Assembly: GCF_006345805.1 (NCBI RefSeq)
Contig: NC_043001.1
Location: 49,352,001-49,416,000, forward strand
Reading direction: 5' to 3'
DNA: 64,000 nucleotides
From: Octopus sinensis
Taxonomy: Eukaryota
Below, one piece after another: positions 62,376 to 64,000 of this stretch (position 1 is the first letter of the stretch; each line of letters opens with the position of its first letter). The position numbers and the translations under genes are program-made. Below the pieces are notes generated by a model, which was not told the origin of the DNA, ran no database searches, and saw only the letters and a program-made list of their open reading frames with translations.

Positions 62376-63263
62376 CAGTACCATGCAAAAGTTTTCAGCC
62401 ACTTTAAACTATAGTAAATTTCTACTAATTGCCGACTTGTAAGTGAATGTTTCGCATTGCGTTTTTTCACTGATGAAACATTGGTCCTGTTGGAGTCATT
62501 TCCATATCTAATCATTATATTTTGTAGTAGGGGTTCTGAATGAGAGGGGAAGACGCGAGACGACCACCAAAAATGGCCGTGCAAAAGTTTTCGGTCACCT
62601 CACATAAACCAATCAAGTTACAGTGTTTTTAAACAGAAAAATGTCTATAATGGAAATTAATTTCTAGAAGTTATTATACATTGTTAATATTTCATGTGGC
62701 TTCTCTAAGCTTGAATAATTGCTTCAATATACCTGGGAAGAGATACGTACAATTCGTTCACCATATTCACAGGTATGAGATGCCATTATGTGTGCCTGAG
62801 CTCCCACAACTCTTCAAGATTGCGTGGATTCTTCTGACAAACTCTTCTCTTTAGTTCTGTCCACATTTGCTCGATGCTATTTAAGTCAGGGCTCTGAGCT
62901 GGCCAATCTTTCAATACAGTAACACCTTCATCAGTCAGACTCTGTTGTATTGTACGCAATCTGAGACATAGAGCTCCGTCATGCTGAAAAAGTCTGGTAT
63001 CAAATTGTCCTATTCAAGTTAGTTGCAATTATAACCAATTTTCTTGGACCATCACATTTTATGTATCCCCAAAGCATCAGACTCTTACCCCAAAACTTCA
63101 GTGTTTTCGTCGTGTAACGTGGGTCGTTTCGCTTTCCTGCAGGCCTTCTGACAAATTCTCGCTTATTAGTAAAAAAACGCAATGCGAAACATTCACTAAC
63201 AAGTTGGTAAGTTGTAGAAATTTAAAATAATTTAAAGTGGCCGAAGACTTTCGCACGGTACAC
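62376..63263 (-). mobile_element. Tc1-like transposon, internally deleted, D35E spacing
   Basis: ~100 bp TIRs starting cagtaccatgcaaaagttttc, with an inner direct repeat near 62579. The frame FQHDGA...WPAQSPDLNSIEQMW has 35 residues between D and E. Confidence 0.8.
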
Positions 63264-63523
63264 ACACACACACACCCAAACACACAAACACATATATATA
63301 GAGAGAGAGAGAGAGAGGGAGGAAGAGAGAGAAAGAGGCTAAAATATTTCGTTGAAAAAAGCGGGATAAATGTTGGCACATTCACCAAACCGTGATATCT
63401 TTGCCACATACTAATTGGTCAAAATACAGTTCGTAGGATTCAGCCTGATGGGGCCTATCGGAATATATTTAAAGGACAAATTTAATCATCTCACTATCAT
63501 TGTCAATTGTGGAATACGACTGT

Positions 63524-63599
<76 letters not shown>

Positions 63600-63847
63600 A
63601 CTACTACTACTACTACACTACTACTACTACATGCGTAACGCCTGAAAGTACAAGTTTTATCACAATAAATATATAATATTGTAAACTTGTAAAAGTTGTA
63701 AATAGTAAAACGTGAAAACCAGACCAGGTCGGAATTTTATTGATTAATATTCTTCTATACATAACCATACAAATTCATAAGAACGTACACAGTGAATGTA
63801 CTAGGTTGACCCTCAGTTTAAGACGGAAAAAAGAGGTGGGGTGGTGT

Positions 63848-63880
63848 GTAAGGTTTTGAGCATGACTCTTCATCAGAAAG
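63848..63880 (-). ncRNA. Decayed hammerhead-like variant (GAAA to AAAA)
   Basis: Reverse complement reads cuuu-CUGAUGA-a-GAG-ucaug-CUC-AAAA-CCUU. Confidence 0.45.
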
Positions 63881-64000
63881 GGAATAGCGGAAAGGTCCGT
63901 GCCATCTTAAGGCATTAGAACACTGGGCAGTTGCCCTGAAGCTCCGCGGGTCTAGGGACCCAATTCTGATCTATGTCTGTTGTAGCTTGCTGTCAATAAA

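Overview
Eukaryotic, AT-rich and very repeat-dense DNA. The SINE families, microsatellite load and long introns suggest an Octopus (coleoid cephalopod) genome; this is inference, not a database result. One host gene is well supported: a + strand synaptotagmin-17 (B/K) orthologue. It has a large exon at 43105-43953 (Cys cluster, linker, complete C2A) and an exon at 58275-58395 (start of C2B). A candidate 8-codon start exon lies at 26627-26650, and the rest of C2B was not found in the window and presumably lies beyond 64000. Almost everything else is transposon-derived: several tRNA-derived SINE families; CR1, RTE, R4/Dong-clade and Penelope-like retroelement fragments; mariner (DD34D), maT (DD37D) and Tc1-like (D35E) DNA transposons; Helitron-like elements; MITEs. 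The most interesting non-genic signal is a set of nine minimal type I hammerhead-ribozyme motifs in two families, two of them fully intact (13746-13780 and 15224-15268). Some sit in inverted pairs, and one family is linked to a Penelope ORF end and a tRNA-like segment. Nearly all other ORFs in the supplied track are microsatellite or decayed-TE artefacts. Exon, TIR/TSD and ribozyme coordinates were counted by hand; degraded repeat boundaries are approximate.
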